A stretch of 64,000 nt of DNA from positions 192,001 to 256,000 of the forward strand of contig CAVRUC010000005.1 of the NCBI GenBank assembly GCA_963724295.1, read 5' to 3'. A program made the translations under genes and the position numbers. The notes under the pieces were generated by a model. The model had not been told where the DNA came from and did no database searches. It worked only from the letters and a program-made list of their open reading frames with translations. Origin of the DNA: an uncultured Chloroflexia bacterium. GTDB taxonomy: Bacteria; Chloroflexota; Chloroflexia; Thermomicrobiales; UBA6265. Position 1 is the first letter of the stretch. Every line of letters begins with the position of its first letter. Of the stretch, positions 1 to 9,513 are shown one piece after another.

Positions 1-293
1 TCGGTGGCGTTGACATCCGCCAATTCCAGGTGCATCCCCCGATCGGCGCCCATCGCCAGGGCGCGGGTGATGACGTCTCGCACCGACGCCGGACCCGCGG
101 CCACAGCGACAACCTCGCCATCGAACGATTCTTTGAGCCGCAGCGCTGCTTCAACGGCGTACTCGTCGTACGAGCTCATGCCGAGCTGAGCGCTCGGCAC
201 GATGCGGCCATTGGCGCGGTCGATCCGGATGGCATTCATGTCCGGGACTTGTTTGATCAGCACCGCGATGGTCAACGGTCCGGCACTTGCCAT
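1..293 (-). CDS. etfB: Electron transfer flavoprotein beta subunit (EtfB/FixA family), 5' part, runs off the window edge
   Basis: Manual translation from ATG at 293: MASAGPLTIAVLIKQVPDMNAIRIDR...MSSYDEYAVEAALRLKE...RALAMGADRG. Shows the KQVPD, DEYAVEAAL and ALAMGAD ETF-beta motifs, with GGAG upstream. Not in the ORF track. Confidence 0.9.
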   Translation of the reverse strand, partial: MASAGPLTIAVLIKQVPDMNAIRIDRANGRIVPSAQLGMSSYDEYAVEAALRLKESFDGEVVAVAAGPASVRDVITRALAMGADRGMHLELADVNAT

Positions 294-406
294 TGAGTGT
301 CTGCTTCTCCCTGCCCCAGCCGACGGCGCGGCTGCACGCACGGGCGGAAACGCGTCAATTCCGGTCGCGAATCATACCAGTGGCCAGGTCACGGACCGGA
401 GCGATG

Positions 407-2071
407 TCACGTAGCGAGGGTTTCCCCGAGCGCGAGATGGATGTGCAGCGCGAGCTGCAGACGCATGCGCAGCCCCGCATCATCGAGGTCATACCCGGTG
501 ATATCACGGATACGGTCGAGCCGGTAGAGGACGGTGTTACGGTGAACACCGAGACGCTCCGCTGCTTCCTTCGGGCTCCCGTTCGCCGCGAAAAACGCGT
601 CCAGTGTGCTCACCAGATCGGCGTTGTTCTGCCGGTCATAGGCAAGCAATTCCCCGAGCGACTGTGCGTAGAGGTCACTCAGCTCCGGCAGCCCTTCGGC
701 GGCAAAGATCAGCCGGTAAACGCCCAGGTCACCGAACACTGTCAGGTGACCAGGTCCATGCATTCGCCGTCCCAGCAGGAGCGCCTGGCGCGCCTCGGCG
801 TGGGACCGGCGGATCCCGGCGATACCGCCCCGGATGGTGCCTACCCCGACCGAAATGGCGGTTTCTCCACCGGAACGCACCAGGCTCGCCAATTCGTCTT
901 GCAAGGTCACTGCCAGGCGCCGTTCCTGACCCGCATCTGCCGCGGGGAGCACGAACTCGGCGCTATTGTTGCGAATTCGCCAGAACACCCGACCCCCCCG
1001 GGTCGTTCCCGTGCGGGCAATCGAAGCTTCCAGCCCCTCCCAGCGCTCGTCGCCGCCGCTGGCGCGGATTGGTCCCGCGGCGGCAGAATCGATCCGGGCG
1101 ACGATCGCCACATGGAACCCAAGCAGATCATGACCCAGGCGCTTCGCCTGCTGCAGAAGCGTCGCCTCGCTGCGCAGCGCGCCATCCAGCACCTCGTCCA
1201 GAACGTCGAGCTCGACTTCGCGCCGCACGGTCGCCGCGGCCTGTTCTCGCGCCAGCACCACGGCGCACGCCGCGGCGCCGCGAGCCGTGATCTGGGCATC
1301 CTCTGGCGTAGCGCTGCCGCGGGGTACGATCAGCGACACACTCCCTAGCAGCCCGTCGCGACCAATCACCGGCGCCACCAGCCGGGACCAGATGCTGTTG
1401 AGCTCGTAGGTGGCGGTCGGCGGATCGGCGGGGCTGGCCTCGGCCGTCGTGCGCAGCCAGCGCCCGACGACCGCGCGGTCGCGCTGCACGAACGACTCGA
1501 TCAACTCTCGGCCCGGCGCCGACTTGCCGACCGGGTGATACGCAAGGAGGCGACTGTCACGGCCTTCGAGAACGACGGGCCGGCCACTTATGCGCGCCAG
1601 CTCCTGCACCACGTCGCCGAGCGGCTCACCGGCGATGGCCAGGTCCATCAGCTGCCGCAACACCTCCTGGCCCCGATGCTGCACCGCCCGCCGGCGCTCG
1701 CTGATCAATCTCGCCGCGTCCCGCTCCAGCGCCCCCACATCCGCGCCTTTGGGCAGGGCTAGCAGCGGCAGACTGGCGGCTTCCGCGGCTTCCCGGGCCG
1801 GCTTGCCGATGGTGCCCAGCACTGCCGCCCCCGCTACGCCGAGCTCGGCCAGGCGGCGAATGGCCTCGTCCAGGTGCAATCCCTCGTCGAGTTCCGAAAG
1901 AATCGCCACCGGCAGGATCACCAGCTCGCCGCCGGCCAGATGCCCAAACGCGGGCGGGCTGGAACGGATGCGCGCCGCCCAGGTCACCTCGCGGCCGAGC
2001 CCCGCTGCTCCCGCGGCGACAGTCGTCCCGGGCGGCAACGCGAGCGCTATGACGTCTTCGACGGTGATCAT
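407..2071 (-). CDS. PucR/CdaR-family transcriptional regulator
   Basis: N-terminal PucR-like domain (AGAAGLGREVTWA), central GAF-like region, C-terminal HTH (AAERLGVHRNTVLYRLDRI). Confidence 0.9.
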   Translation of the reverse strand: MITVEDVIALALPPGTTVAAGAAGLGREVTWAARIRSSPPAFGHLAGGELVILPVAILSELDEGLHLDEAIRRLAELGVAGAAVLGTIGKPAREAAEAASLPLLALPKGADVGALERDAARLISERRRAVQHRGQEVLRQLMDLAIAGEPLGDVVQELARISGRPVVLEGRDSRLLAYHPVGKSAPGRELIESFVQRDRAVVGRWLRTTAEASPADPPTATYELNSIWSRLVAPVIGRDGLLGSVSLIVPRGSATPEDAQITARGAAACAVVLAREQAAATVRREVELDVLDEVLDGALRSEATLLQQAKRLGHDLLGFHVAIVARIDSAAAGPIRASGGDERWEGLEASIARTGTTRGGRVFWRIRNNSAEFVLPAADAGQERRLAVTLQDELASLVRSGGETAISVGVGTIRGGIAGIRRSHAEARQALLLGRRMHGPGHLTVFGDLGVYRLIFAAEGLPELSDLYAQSLGELLAYDRQNNADLVSTLDAFFAANGSPKEAAERLGVHRNTVLYRLDRIRDITGYDLDDAGLRMRLQLALHIHLALGETLAT

Positions 2072-2119
2072 TCCTGGCCGCGCCGCGTTCCGCGCCTCAT
2101 GTGGTCGCGGGCGCTCTTC

Positions 2120-3469
2120 TCACTCGCCATACCGGTCCCGTTCCCAGGGGCTCACGTAGCGCCGGTAGTCACTCCATTCGGCGCGCTTGACGAGCAGGAA
2201 CTGATCGCAGACGTAGTCGCCGAGCGCCTCGCGCACGACGTCATCCTCGGCCAGCGCCACGAGCGCGTCGCCGAGGGTCTGCGGCAGCGACGGCACGCCC
2301 AGGCGGATCAGCTCGGCATCGTCGTGACGGACAAGGTTCTCGTCTAGGGCCAGCGGCGGTTCTTCCGCCCGCCGTATCCCGTCTATTGCACTGGCCAGTG
2401 AAACGGCAAGCGCGAGATAGGGATTCGCCATGTTGTCCGGGGAGCGAAGTTCGAGCTCGACCGTTGAGTCGGTCGCCGGGCCCCAGGATGGCACGCGCAC
2501 CAACGACGCCTGGCTGAGTCTGGCCCACGTTGCGTGGCGTGGCGCGCGGTGACCGGCGGCCAGCCGCTTGTATGAGTTGACCGTCGGACAGACGATAGCG
2601 GTCATACCCCCCGCGTGCGCCAGCTGCCCGGCAATCGCGTGTCGTGCCTGGAGCGAGATGGTCTCGCCTTCGCCACGCAGGGCATCGGAACCGTCGCCGA
2701 GGTGGTAGAGACGCTGGAAGATGTGCATACCCGATCCCGGCGCGTCGGCAAGCGGCTTTGGCATGAAATTGGCGCGCAACCCATGTCGTTGGGCGACGGC
2801 ACGGATCACTTCGCGCACGGTAAGTACCGTGTCAGCCATCCGCAGCGGGTCTGCCGTGAGGAGATCGAGCTCCTCCTGCCCCGGCCCGGTCTCGTGGTGA
2901 GCCCCTCCGACCTGGATCCCCATCGCCGCCAGCGAGGCGACCACGTCGTCCCGCGTGCCGGTGCCGAGCCCCGGTCCGGTGCCGAAGTACCCCGCGGTAT
3001 CAGGCGGAGGCATCGACCCGGCGTTGTCAGGTTGAAAGAGGTAGTACTCGAGCTCGATCGCCACCCGGAAGTCGAATCCAGCTGCTCTCGCCTCGGCGAT
3101 GTTCCGCTCGAGCACCGAGCGCGGATCGCCGGCAAAGGGGTGACCGTCTCGCCTCCGCACGGAGCAAGAGAATCTGGCCCGCCGCCCGGTACCGGTCGGT
3201 TCGACATAGGTGACCAGCGTCGCCGGATCAGGCGCCAGAAAGAGATCCATCTCGACTTCGCGCTGTCCCCCCGTCACTGCCGACCCGTCGAACCGGTATC
3301 CGTGCTGGAGGACGGATGGCAACAGGTCACCCGGGATGGTCATCACCCGGGCGCCGCCGGCGATGTCGCTGAACTGCAAATCGACCAGCCGCACATCCTC
3401 GCGCGCGACTCGCTCCAGCAGCTCTTCCCGGGTCGCGGCGTCGCCGCGAGTTGCCACGTCCGTTGCCAT
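2120..3469 (-). CDS. Glutamine synthetase family protein (atypical active site)
   Basis: VDLQFSDIAG, FDGS, ELEYY, HHETGPGQ, FMPKP..GSGMH, NSYKRL, ELRSPD..ANPYLA motifs. Confidence 0.9.
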   Translation of the reverse strand: MATDVATRGDAATREELLERVAREDVRLVDLQFSDIAGGARVMTIPGDLLPSVLQHGYRFDGSAVTGGQREVEMDLFLAPDPATLVTYVEPTGTGRRARFSCSVRRRDGHPFAGDPRSVLERNIAEARAAGFDFRVAIELEYYLFQPDNAGSMPPPDTAGYFGTGPGLGTGTRDDVVASLAAMGIQVGGAHHETGPGQEELDLLTADPLRMADTVLTVREVIRAVAQRHGLRANFMPKPLADAPGSGMHIFQRLYHLGDGSDALRGEGETISLQARHAIAGQLAHAGGMTAIVCPTVNSYKRLAAGHRAPRHATWARLSQASLVRVPSWGPATDSTVELELRSPDNMANPYLALAVSLASAIDGIRRAEEPPLALDENLVRHDDAELIRLGVPSLPQTLGDALVALAEDDVVREALGDYVCDQFLLVKRAEWSDYRRYVSPWERDRYGE

Positions 3470-3851
3470 CGATCACCTCTCATCCGCCGGCGCACCCCAT
3501 TGGGCGACGCGCACAAGATCACCGGGAGCAGCGTACTTTCGATCCGCTGGATCGGCAACGTCGACGGTAATTCTGCAGGCTGACCCCTCCCACTTCACTG
3601 CCCGTCTCCCGAACTACTGCAACGGTTGTGGCATTTCCGCGGTTGGACGCGCAGCCCAAACGACGGACCAGGCGTCAAGGCGCTCCGGACGTTGGGCTCG
3701 GCCGGAGCGGCCGCTAATCTGAAGACCCACGCAGGAGTGGAAGTCCGGAATTGGTTCCGGGTTGGGGGCAGTGCTTGCCCTCGCGGTCGGTCTGGTAGGC
3801 CAGGATGGGTGCCGGGTCGACGTCGTGGATACCTGCCGGAGAGAGAAGACC

Positions 3852-6800
3852 ATGCAGGCAGCACCCCGCTCCGCCGACCAATTAGCGCCGCTCTGGGACC
3901 CGGGGTTCGAGCGCGACTCGTGCGGCGTTGGTCTCGTCGTCGATATTGCAGGCCAGCCCTCGCGCCGGATCGTCGAGCGCGCCCTGGCCGGACTCGTCAA
4001 TCTGACGCATCGCGGGGGCGTCGGCGCCGACTCCCGCACCGGCGATGGCGCTGGTGTACTGACCCAGGTCCCGCTCGCCCTGTTCGCGGAAACACTCGCC
4101 GCCGCCGGCCATGCCGATCTCGGGCCGGGTCAGCTTGGCGTGGCCATGATCTTTCTCCCCAAGGAAGAAGACCAGGCGGTCGCTGCCCGCCGCGCAATGG
4201 ATGACGCGGTACGCGGACGAGGTCTCGAACCGATCGTTTGGCGAGTGGTTCCCGTCGATCCCGGCGCCCTCGGCGACCAGGCGATCACGTCGATGCCGCG
4301 CATCGAGCAACTGCTCATCCGCCGTCCCGATGGAATGGGAGAAGACCGCTTCGAGCGCGAACTGTTCCTGGTCCGCAAGGTCGCCGATCGCGCCGCCGTT
4401 GCCGCGGGCTGGCCGGAGTTCTTCGTCGTCTCCTGCTCCGCGCGGACGCTCATCTACAAAGCCTTCTGTCTGCCCCGTGACCTGCCGCTTTTCTATCTGG
4501 ACTTGCAGGATGCGCGCTACGAAAGCGCGATCGTCCTGTTCCACCAGCGCTATTCGACCAACACCCTCCCCACCTGGGGAATGGCGCAGCCATTCCGCTT
4601 CCTGGCCCATAACGGCGAGATCAATACCGTCGGCGGCAACCGGCTCTGGATGGAAGCGCGCGCGCCACAGCTCCAGTTCCCCGACGGCACGTCGCTCGAC
4701 GAGCTGCGACCCGTGGTCTCCTGGGAAGGGAGCGACTCGCTCAGCCTCGACGATGTCGTCGGACTTCTCTATCACGGGGGCCGATCCCTACCCCACGCGC
4801 TGATGATGCTGGTGCCGGAGCCGTGGGAACAGCTCCCGGAGATGGATTCGGCCCGGCGCGCCTTTTACGAGTTCCATGCCGGACTGGTGGAGCAGTGGGA
4901 TGGGCCGGCCGCGCTTGGTTTCAGCGATGGCGTCATCGCCGGCGCCACGCTCGACCGCAACGGGCTGCGGCCTCTGCGCTACGCCATCACCAGTGATGGT
5001 CTCTTTATCGCGGGCTCTGAGGCCGGGACCGTCGAAGTCGACCAATCGACCGTCATCGAGAAGGGCCGGCTCGGTCCCGGCCAGATGATCGCGGTCGATA
5101 CCCGGCGCGGCATCGTCCTGCGCAATGATCTGCTCAAGAGCGAGGTCTCGATACGGCAGCCGTACGCCGATTGGCTCGCCACCGGGCGCATTCAGCTCGA
5201 CATTCAGGATGAAGACCTGGTTCTTCCAGTCCCGACCGCGGCGAGCAACGGCTCTCCCGTTCGCGCCAAACCGGACCAGGCGACCGTCGCCCTGCAGCGC
5301 GCCTGCGGCTACACCGCCGAGGACCTGCGCCTGATTGTGAACCCCATGGCCGAGGGTCTCGAACCGACCTGGTCGATGGGCGATGACGCTCCTCTTGCCG
5401 TGCTCTCTGAGCGGCCGCGTCCCCTGCACGCGTTTTTCCGCCAGCGCTTCGCACAGGTTACGAACCCGGCCATCGACTCATTGCGCGAGCGTAAAGTGAT
5501 GGCACTCGACAGCTTTATCGGGCGACGCGGCAATCTCCTTGAAGAACGTGCCGACCAGGCGCGTCTGCTCCAGCTCTCGAGCATCGCCATTGACGACGCC
5601 ACGATGCGGGCCATCAAGGAGCTCACAACCGACGGCGTCGCCGCGGCCACCATCTCGACACTGTTCGAGATTCCGAAGGCGGATGCGGACGCCGTTCCGG
5701 GCACGACTCTCGGAGCAGCGATCGAGCGAATCACCGCTGAAGCTGAAGCCGCCGTCCGTGGCGGAGCCGGTATCGTGGTCCTTTCCGATCGGGGCATCGA
5801 CGAAAGTCACGCGCCGGTCCCCGCGCTGCTTGCTACCGGGGCCGTCCATCACGCGTTGATCCGCGCCGGACTACGCAACCTGGCCGACGTCGTCGTCGAG
5901 AGCGGCGAAGTGTATGACGTTCATGCCCTCGCCTGTCTGATCGGTTACGGCGCCTCCGCAGTCAATCCCTACCTGGCCCTGGCCGCCGCCGCCAGCCTCA
6001 GCGGTAGTCGCGGCTACGAGGAGGACTCCCCGGGAGGGCTGCAACGGAACTATCTGCAGAGTCTCGAGAAAGGCTTCCTCAAGGTCGCCTCGAAGATGGG
6101 CATCTCGACGGCGATGGGATACCGCGGCGCCCAGATCTTTGAGACCCTCGGTCTCTCCAGCGAGCTCGTCGACCGCTTTTTCACGGGGACACCGGCGCGA
6201 CTCTGCGGAATCGGGCTGCCCGAGATCGAAGCCGACATTCGGCGCCGTCACGGCGAGGCGTTCGGCGACCCGGCGCCGAAGCTGGCCGATCTGGGGTTCG
6301 TTCGCTACCGCAAGGAAGGCGAGCCGCACGCCTTCGAGCCGCCGCTGGTGAAGCTCTTGCAGGAGGCGGTCAACACCGGCAGCGGCGAGGCCTATCGCGC
6401 CTACCGGGACCACGTCGCTCAACACGCGCCGACCTCCGTCCGCGACCTGATGCGCGTGCTGCCGCTCGGTGAGCCAGTTCCATTGGACGAGGTCGAGCCA
6501 GTCGAGTCGATCGTCAAGCGGTTCGTCGTGACCGCGATGTCGCTCGGCTCATTGAGTCCAGAGGCACACCGCACGCTCTCAATTGCCATGAACCGGCTCG
6601 GTGCCCGCTCCAACTCCGGCGAAGGCGGAGAGGACCAGACTTGGTACGACGAAGCTGGACCCGACGTGGCGCACTCCAAGGTCAAGCAGGTCGCCTCCGG
6701 AAGGTTCGGGGTCACCGCTCGCTATCTCTCCATGGCCGAGGAGCTGGAGATCAAGATTTCTCAGGGGAGCAAGCCCGGCGAAGGCGGCCAGATTCCCGGG

Positions 6801-8399
6801 CACAAGGTCACCCGCTTCATCGCCAGTGTTCGCCACGCCGTGCCCGGTCTGCCGTTGATCTCGCCGCCTCCCCATCATGACATCTACTCAATTGAAGACC
6901 TGGCCCAGCTCATCTACGATCTGCGCCAGATCAACCCTCGCGCCAGGATCGGGGTCAAGCTGGTTGCTGAAGCCGGCGTCGGCACGGTCGCCGCCGGTGT
7001 TGCCAAGGCGCGCGCCGACTACGTCCTGATCAGTGGTCACTCGGGGGGAACGGGCGCATCGCCGCTCGCGTCAATCAAACACGCGGGGTGCCCCTGGGAG
7101 CTCGGACTGGCCGAGACGCAGCAGACACTGGTCAAGAACGGCCTCCGCTCGCGCGTGCGGCTCCGCACTGACGGCGGTCTCAAGACTGCGGAAGACGTCG
7201 TCATGGCGGCCGTCCTCGGCGCCGAGGAGTTCGGATTCGGAACGTCGGTGCTGGTCGCCATCGGCTGCGACATGGCCCGCCAGTGCCACCTCAACTCCTG
7301 TCCAACCGGGATCGCGACCCAGCGCGAAGACCTTCGAGCCAAATACACCGGCACCCCGGACCAGGTCGTCACCTATTTCCTGCACCTGGCGGGGGCGATC
7401 CGGGAAGAGCTGGCCGCGCTCGGCGCTCGCACGCTGGACGAGCTCGTCGGCCGCACCGACTTGCTTGCGGCGAAAGATCTCCCTGGCCGCGCCGGCATGC
7501 TCGACGTTTCACCGTTCTTCGCGCCACCGGCGCCCGAGTCAGAGCGGCGCCATCAGGTTGGACTCAGTCCCCAAGCCGCCACACTCGACGATGCCGTGAT
7601 CGGGCTGGCGGGTGAAGCCCTGGCCACTGGCGAGCCGGTCGACATTGATATGGCGATCCGCACCGAGAACCGCACCGTCGGCGCCAAGATCGCCAATGCC
7701 ATTACCGTCCGACATCCCCAGGGCTTGCCCGATGGCGCTGTTTCGATCCGGCTGACGGGCAGCGCCGGCCAGAGTTTCGGCGCGTTCATCGTCGACGGCA
7801 TGCGTCTCGATCTCGAAGGCGAGGCCAATGACTACGTTGGCAAGGGGATGACCGGTGGCGAGATCGCCATCCGGCCGCCCTCCGCGGCCCCATTCGACAC
7901 TCCCCAGGCCATCGTCGGCAATACCGTGCTCTACGGCGCGACCGGCGGCAGCCTGTTCGCGGCCGGTCGCGCCGGCGAGCGCTTCTGCGTCCGCAACAGC
8001 GGCGCCACGGCTGTCGTCGAGGGAATCGGTGACCATGGCTGCGAGTACATGACCGGCGGCCGGGTCGTGGTTCTCGGACCGACCGGCACCAACTTCGGCG
8101 CCGGCATGACCAACGGCTCCGCGTTCGTCTACGACCCCGAGGGCGAGTTCCCCAGCAAGATCAATGGCGAGTCGGTCCTGCTCGAACCGGTGCCCGGCGA
8201 AGTCGACGCGCACGAATTGCGCTCGCTCGTCGAGCGACATTTGGCAATGACCGGTAGCAGCCATGCTCGCCGCTTGCTCGCGGAATGGCCGAACACCCTC
8301 CAGTCCTTCTGGAAGGTCATCCCTCGCGCCTCCATCGCCGCGCGCGTCGAGGCCGAAACCGAGGCGGAGCCGGAACCGGCGCGGGGCGCCGCCGACTGA
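3852..8399 (+). CDS. gltB: Glutamate synthase large subunit
   Basis: ERDSCGVG N-terminal Cys, HQRYSTNT, AHNGEIN, SNSGEGG, KQVASGRFGV, QGSKPGEGGQ and CHLNSCPTGIATQ [3Fe-4S] motif. ATG at 3852 preferred over the ORF-track start 3762. Confidence 0.97.
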   Translation: MQAAPRSADQLAPLWDPGFERDSCGVGLVVDIAGQPSRRIVERALAGLVNLTHRGGVGADSRTGDGAGVLTQVPLALFAETLAAAGHADLGPGQLGVAMIFLPKEEDQAVAARRAMDDAVRGRGLEPIVWRVVPVDPGALGDQAITSMPRIEQLLIRRPDGMGEDRFERELFLVRKVADRAAVAAGWPEFFVVSCSARTLIYKAFCLPRDLPLFYLDLQDARYESAIVLFHQRYSTNTLPTWGMAQPFRFLAHNGEINTVGGNRLWMEARAPQLQFPDGTSLDELRPVVSWEGSDSLSLDDVVGLLYHGGRSLPHALMMLVPEPWEQLPEMDSARRAFYEFHAGLVEQWDGPAALGFSDGVIAGATLDRNGLRPLRYAITSDGLFIAGSEAGTVEVDQSTVIEKGRLGPGQMIAVDTRRGIVLRNDLLKSEVSIRQPYADWLATGRIQLDIQDEDLVLPVPTAASNGSPVRAKPDQATVALQRACGYTAEDLRLIVNPMAEGLEPTWSMGDDAPLAVLSERPRPLHAFFRQRFAQVTNPAIDSLRERKVMALDSFIGRRGNLLEERADQARLLQLSSIAIDDATMRAIKELTTDGVAAATISTLFEIPKADADAVPGTTLGAAIERITAEAEAAVRGGAGIVVLSDRGIDESHAPVPALLATGAVHHALIRAGLRNLADVVVESGEVYDVHALACLIGYGASAVNPYLALAAAASLSGSRGYEEDSPGGLQRNYLQSLEKGFLKVASKMGISTAMGYRGAQIFETLGLSSELVDRFFTGTPARLCGIGLPEIEADIRRRHGEAFGDPAPKLADLGFVRYRKEGEPHAFEPPLVKLLQEAVNTGSGEAYRAYRDHVAQHAPTSVRDLMRVLPLGEPVPLDEVEPVESIVKRFVVTAMSLGSLSPEAHRTLSIAMNRLGARSNSGEGGEDQTWYDEAGPDVAHSKVKQVASGRFGVTARYLSMAEELEIKISQGSKPGEGGQIPGHKVTRFIASVRHAVPGLPLISPPPHHDIYSIEDLAQLIYDLRQINPRARIGVKLVAEAGVGTVAAGVAKARADYVLISGHSGGTGASPLASIKHAGCPWELGLAETQQTLVKNGLRSRVRLRTDGGLKTAEDVVMAAVLGAEEFGFGTSVLVAIGCDMARQCHLNSCPTGIATQREDLRAKYTGTPDQVVTYFLHLAGAIREELAALGARTLDELVGRTDLLAAKDLPGRAGMLDVSPFFAPPAPESERRHQVGLSPQAATLDDAVIGLAGEALATGEPVDIDMAIRTENRTVGAKIANAITVRHPQGLPDGAVSIRLTGSAGQSFGAFIVDGMRLDLEGEANDYVGKGMTGGEIAIRPPSAAPFDTPQAIVGNTVLYGATGGSLFAAGRAGERFCVRNSGATAVVEGIGDHGCEYMTGGRVVVLGPTGTNFGAGMTNGSAFVYDPEGEFPSKINGESVLLEPVPGEVDAHELRSLVERHLAMTGSSHARRLLAEWPNTLQSFWKVIPRASIAARVEAETEAEPEPARGAAD

Positions 8400-8475
8400 C
8401 GCCGTCTTCCTGACCGATACGGCAGAATGACCGCCGCGCGAATACGATCGCGCGGCGGTCGTCTGTTCGGGCGAG

Positions 8476-9513
8476 GTGGGCGGCGTGACAAACAGGCGCT
8501 ACTGCGTCTTCAGCGGCAGAGTCGTCGACCGGCGGTCGGAAAGCCGGGGCACGAGTCCGCACTATCACATCCTGCTCGAAGGGGGCGGCCAGCGCTTCCG
8601 CGTGGCGGTCAATACTCGGTCTGGCACGAGTCACTCCCGGAAATCCGACCTCCTCTATTTCGCCGACGATGACTTCCGGCACATTGTCACGTCGCGGCTG
8701 GCGGTCGTTCCCGACGGCGATCACCATGTCGAGTCGCGACCGGGAGGGCTCGCCCTGGATTACCAGCGCGGCGGAATGTTCGACCGCCGCCACATGCGGC
8801 GTATCCCGGCCAGCCGCCCCGGTCCTCGCAACGATCTCGTCGACGAGCTCGATTTTTACGTCGAGCGAGTGCTCGACGACCCGACCAACCGTCTCCACGC
8901 CTATGGCACGCGCTGGGGTCCGGAGCTTCACAAGCCCGACCAGGTGTTCGACTTCAGCCCCGGCAACGGCATCCACGACGTCCACATGAACCAGGGCAAC
9001 CGCGACGAGCATTGGCATGACAACGGCATCTGGTCCGACGGCGGTCTGATCTTCCAGTGGCCCGAGCCGGACCCGGATCGCTGGTCAGCGATCTTTCTCG
9101 CGTTCCAGACCCAAAGCTGGCACACCGATGACCGTGGCCAACCCACTCCGTATCCCGATCGTGATGATCGGGCGCCGGCGGCGAGTGATGACAATCGCAC
9201 TCCGCCCGCCCGCATCGTCGCTGCCTTCGTGCATCCCAACGACGAGAAGCTCGGCGTCGAGCACGTCTCGATCAGGAATGACAGCCACGAGCCACTGCCC
9301 GTCGCCGGCTGGCGGTTGCAAAATCGAGATGGTGACGCGACGGTTCTGGACGGCGTCGTGCTGCCGCGCACCGTTCGCCGGTTCGAGCTCCGCCAGGATG
9401 TTCCCCTCTCCAGCAGGGGCGGCCTGATCCTCCTCCTCGACGGCGACGGCGAAGAAGTCGACGGGGTCTCCTACACGCGCCACGAGGTGCGACGCAAGCA
9501 CGGGTTCACTTAA
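8476..9513 (+). CDS. YukJ/DUF2278 family protein with C-terminal lamin-tail-like domain
   Basis: GNGIHDVHMNQGN, WSDGGLI and IFLAFQTQSWHTDD motifs. C-terminal EHVSIRN..LAGWRL..LSSRGGLILLLDGDG resembles LTD. Confidence 0.8.
   Translation: MGGVTNRRYCVFSGRVVDRRSESRGTSPHYHILLEGGGQRFRVAVNTRSGTSHSRKSDLLYFADDDFRHIVTSRLAVVPDGDHHVESRPGGLALDYQRGGMFDRRHMRRIPASRPGPRNDLVDELDFYVERVLDDPTNRLHAYGTRWGPELHKPDQVFDFSPGNGIHDVHMNQGNRDEHWHDNGIWSDGGLIFQWPEPDPDRWSAIFLAFQTQSWHTDDRGQPTPYPDRDDRAPAASDDNRTPPARIVAAFVHPNDEKLGVEHVSIRNDSHEPLPVAGWRLQNRDGDATVLDGVVLPRTVRRFELRQDVPLSSRGGLILLLDGDGEEVDGVSYTRHEVRRKHGFT

Noticed and set aside
287..1348. Long antisense and alternate-frame ORFs (this one, 2615-3583, 19227-20366, 44798-46015, 54555-55634 and others)
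   Set aside because: Shadow ORFs of well-supported genes, expected in high-GC DNA; no recognisable motifs
3490..3565. glnA (glutamine) riboswitch upstream of the GS-like gene on the minus strand (CGTTG-hairpin-AAAGTA)
   Set aside because: The closing GAAG-x-AACG strand of the motif was not found; only a partial resemblance
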